This document shows, one piece after another, positions 61,564 through 64,000 of a DNA stretch of 64,000 nucleotides. Positions within the stretch are counted from its first letter, which is position 1, and each line of letters begins with the position of its first letter. A program made the translations under genes and the position numbers. This DNA comes from Thermoanaerobaculia bacterium. GTDB lineage: Bacteria; Acidobacteriota; Thermoanaerobaculia; Multivoradales; Multivoraceae. The DNA lies in NCBI GenBank assembly GCA_963664405.1, contig OY761158.1, positions 6,528,001-6,592,000 on the forward strand, given 5' to 3'. The notes below the pieces were generated by a model. That model worked only from the letters and a program-made list of their open reading frames with translations. It ran no database searches and was not told the origin of the DNA.

Positions 61564-62796
61564 ATGTTCAGCGGGTTCCTCTACCATCTGCGCGGCTACG
61601 GCTTGAAGATCTCCATGATGGAGTGGCTGAGCTTGATGCGAGGGTTGGCCGAGGGCTTTGCGCGCTCCAATCTGACCGTCTTTTACCATCTCGGTCGGGC
61701 ATTACTGGTCAAGAAAGAAGCCGACTTCGATATCTTCGACCGCGCCTTCGCCTCCTACTTCTCTGACGTATCCTCGACCTTCGACCTCGACGAGGAGTTG
61801 CTGCAGTGGTTGGAGAATCCGAAGCTGCCGAGAGAGCTCACCGATGAAGAGCGCAAGAGTCTCGAGGCGCTCGGCTTCGAGGATCTACTCGAGAAATTCC
61901 GCAAGCGTCTCGACGAGCAGGACGAACGGCACGACGGCGGCAACAAATGGATCGGTACAGGCGGTACTTCTCCCTTCGGCCACGGTGGCGAGCATCCGAC
62001 CGGAATCCGGATTGGCGGAGCTGGCGGCGGACGCAGCGCTGTGCAGGTCGCCCAGTCGCGGCGGTTCCGAAATCTTCGTAACGATCGCGTCCTCGATACG
62101 CGTCAAATCGGAGTTGCGCTACGTAGGCTGAAGAAGCTTGAAAAGGACGAGGGCCCCGAAGAGCTCGATCTCGACAAGACGATCGACGAGAGTGCGCGCA
62201 ACGGCGGCGACATCGAGCTGGTCTTTGGTCCGCCGAGGAAGAACAAGATCAAATTGCTCCTCCTCATGGATGTCGGCGGCTCGATGGACCCGCATACAAA
62301 GCTCTGCGAGCGCCTGTTCAGTGCGGCTCATCGTGCAAGTCACTTCAAGAAGTTCGAGGCCCGCTTTTTCCATAATTGTGTGTACGATAAGCTCTACACT
62401 GACATCAGTCGATGGCGCGGTGAGCAGACCAAAGATCTGATGAAGAAGATGGATGAGAAGTGGTCTGTCGTGTTCGTTGGTGATGCCTGGATGAGCCCTT
62501 ACGAGTTGACCTACAGTGGCGGGGCGATCGACTACTACCACGATAACGTCGAGACCGGCTTGGACTGGCTGAAGCGAATTCGCACTCGCTGCCCGAAGTC
62601 GGTGTGGCTGAATCCGGAGCCGAAGCGGATTTGGAACGCGCCGACGATTCGCCTGATCCGGCAAGTGTTTCCGATGTACCCGCTCACCGTCGACGGTCTC
62701 GGCGATGCTGTCGACGTACTTCGCGGCGCCAAGCCGAACAAGGCTTCGACCGAGCCTCTGCCGGATGAGGCCCGATCCTGGGGGACACTCGGTTGA
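61564..62796 (+). CDS. VWA-domain protein (CoxE-like)
   Basis: WIGTGGTSPFG, MDVGGSM (MIDAS), FVGDA, VWLNP. Confidence 0.9.
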   Translation: MFSGFLYHLRGYGLKISMMEWLSLMRGLAEGFARSNLTVFYHLGRALLVKKEADFDIFDRAFASYFSDVSSTFDLDEELLQWLENPKLPRELTDEERKSLEALGFEDLLEKFRKRLDEQDERHDGGNKWIGTGGTSPFGHGGEHPTGIRIGGAGGGRSAVQVAQSRRFRNLRNDRVLDTRQIGVALRRLKKLEKDEGPEELDLDKTIDESARNGGDIELVFGPPRKNKIKLLLLMDVGGSMDPHTKLCERLFSAAHRASHFKKFEARFFHNCVYDKLYTDISRWRGEQTKDLMKKMDEKWSVVFVGDAWMSPYELTYSGGAIDYYHDNVETGLDWLKRIRTRCPKSVWLNPEPKRIWNAPTIRLIRQVFPMYPLTVDGLGDAVDVLRGAKPNKASTEPLPDEARSWGTLG

Positions 62797-62876
62797 GGGG
62801 AGCTTCGGGGTCGAGCCATCTGGGTCACCGTCGCACTTCAGTCATTGATGACAGGACATTGGGTGTGAGGAAGTTA

Positions 62877-64000
62877 ATGCGCCTGCCACTGTGGATGGCC
62901 GTAGCTGTGTTCGCATTGGTTGGGAGTCCAGCCGCGTCCCTGGCGTTCGAGGATGACAGTCCGACGGAGGAGGATGTCTGGCGGGAGTCGATTGTCGTAT
63001 CCGCCTCGCGAGCCGAGCAGCAGGAAGCGGATGTGGCCGCCAACGTCACCGTGCTCGACGCCGAGGACCTGCAGCGCACCGCCGCTTTGACGGCGGACGA
63101 CGCTCTACGCCAGGTTCCGGGCTTCAGTCTCTTCCGCCGCTCGAGCAGCTTGGTGGCGCACCCGACTTCGCAAGGTGTGTCGCTGCGTGGAATCGGGCCC
63201 AGCGGCGTGAGTCGCACGCTGGTGCTTCTCGATGGCGTGCCGCTGAATGATCCTTTCGGAGGCTGGGTTTACTGGAGTCGCGTGCCGCTGGCGAGTCTGG
63301 AGAGGGTCGAGGTGATGCGGGGAGGAAGTTCGAGCTTATGGGGGAACTTTGCCCTCGGCGGAGTCGTCCAGCTATTCACCGAAAGTCCCACCACCGGCAC
63401 CTTCAGCTTGATGGCGGAGGCTGGGGATCACCAGACAGGTCAGCTCGACGTCAGCGCTGGTGAGAGATGGGAGCGAACTTCCCTCTTTGTCTCAGGCAAC
63501 GTCTTCGACACGGATGGCTTTCACGTCCTGCGAGCCGACCAGAGAGGCTCGATCGATATCCCTGCCTTCTCGGAGCATCTGAACGGCGGCGTTCGTCTCG
63601 GTTTCTATCCCGGCGACTCGATAAGCGTATCTTTACGGGGCGGCTATTTCGAAGAAGATCGCGGCAACGGCACGCCACTGACCGGCAACGACACCGATGC
63701 CGTCTCTTTCAGCGCGGGGGTGGTGGCATCGGGTGGTGGCGGCGCAGAGTGGAATGGCTCCGTCTTCGCTCATGATCAAACCTTCGCCAGCAGGTTCTCC
63801 AGTCAGGCCGCCGATCGCAACAGTGAGAGACCGGCGCTCGATCAGTTCGATGTCGATTCGACCGGGTTCGGACTGGGCTTGCAGTGGCTGCGGTCCTTCG
63901 ACGGTGGCGAAGTAGGTCAGCTGATCACTGCTGGGGCTGAGTTTAGGCGCACCGATGGCACGACTCTGGAGCACTATTTCTTCTCCGGCGACGACTTTCT
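62877..64000 (+). CDS. TonB-dependent receptor (partial, runs off window)
   Basis: Manual translation: signal peptide, IVVSASR, LRQVPG, SLRGIG...LVLLDGVPLNDPFGG, ERVEVMRG. Confidence 0.9.
   Translation, partial: MRLPLWMAVAVFALVGSPAASLAFEDDSPTEEDVWRESIVVSASRAEQQEADVAANVTVLDAEDLQRTAALTADDALRQVPGFSLFRRSSSLVAHPTSQGVSLRGIGPSGVSRTLVLLDGVPLNDPFGGWVYWSRVPLASLERVEVMRGGSSSLWGNFALGGVVQLFTESPTTGTFSLMAEAGDHQTGQLDVSAGERWERTSLFVSGNVFDTDGFHVLRADQRGSIDIPAFSEHLNGGVRLGFYPGDSISVSLRGGYFEEDRGNGTPLTGNDTDAVSFSAGVVASGGGGAEWNGSVFAHDQTFASRFSSQAADRNSERPALDQFDVDSTGFGLGLQWLRSFDGGEVGQLITAGAEFRRTDGTTLEHYFFSGDDF

Overview
GC-rich bacterial chromosomal window. The gene repertoire suggests Acidobacteriota (e.g. Thermoanaerobaculia-like), but this is inference only. 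About 1-13.2 kb is a decaying accessory region. It holds a minus-strand peroxide-defence cluster (katG, DUF2180-like Cys protein, aqpZ, an internally deleted di-heme cytochrome c peroxidase) and a frameshifted XRE-PAS regulator. It also contains a complete 3,390-bp IS21-family element with two extra conserved-looking ORFs (TIRs and ATCCC target duplication visible), an intact 2,005-bp ISAzo13-family element (TTA duplication, A8 frameshift site), a truncated Ser/Thr kinase and an IS256-like remnant. The rest is mostly core and envelope genes: ribD, ltaE, hpt, hemW, recD2, nth, ampG, a sirtuin, TonB receptors, an ABC exporter and MoxR-VWA. Notable oddities are a CTAG-bounded palindromic MITE family (4 copies, one inserted in-frame in a metalloprotease, one with swapped termini), an 8x58-bp REP-like tandem array, a TetR-RibBA fusion, and a MauG/bCcP-like di-heme protein lacking the canonical catalytic residues. 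A candidate structured leader RNA and many apparently leaderless genes were also seen. No rRNA, tRNA or CRISPR array was recognised.
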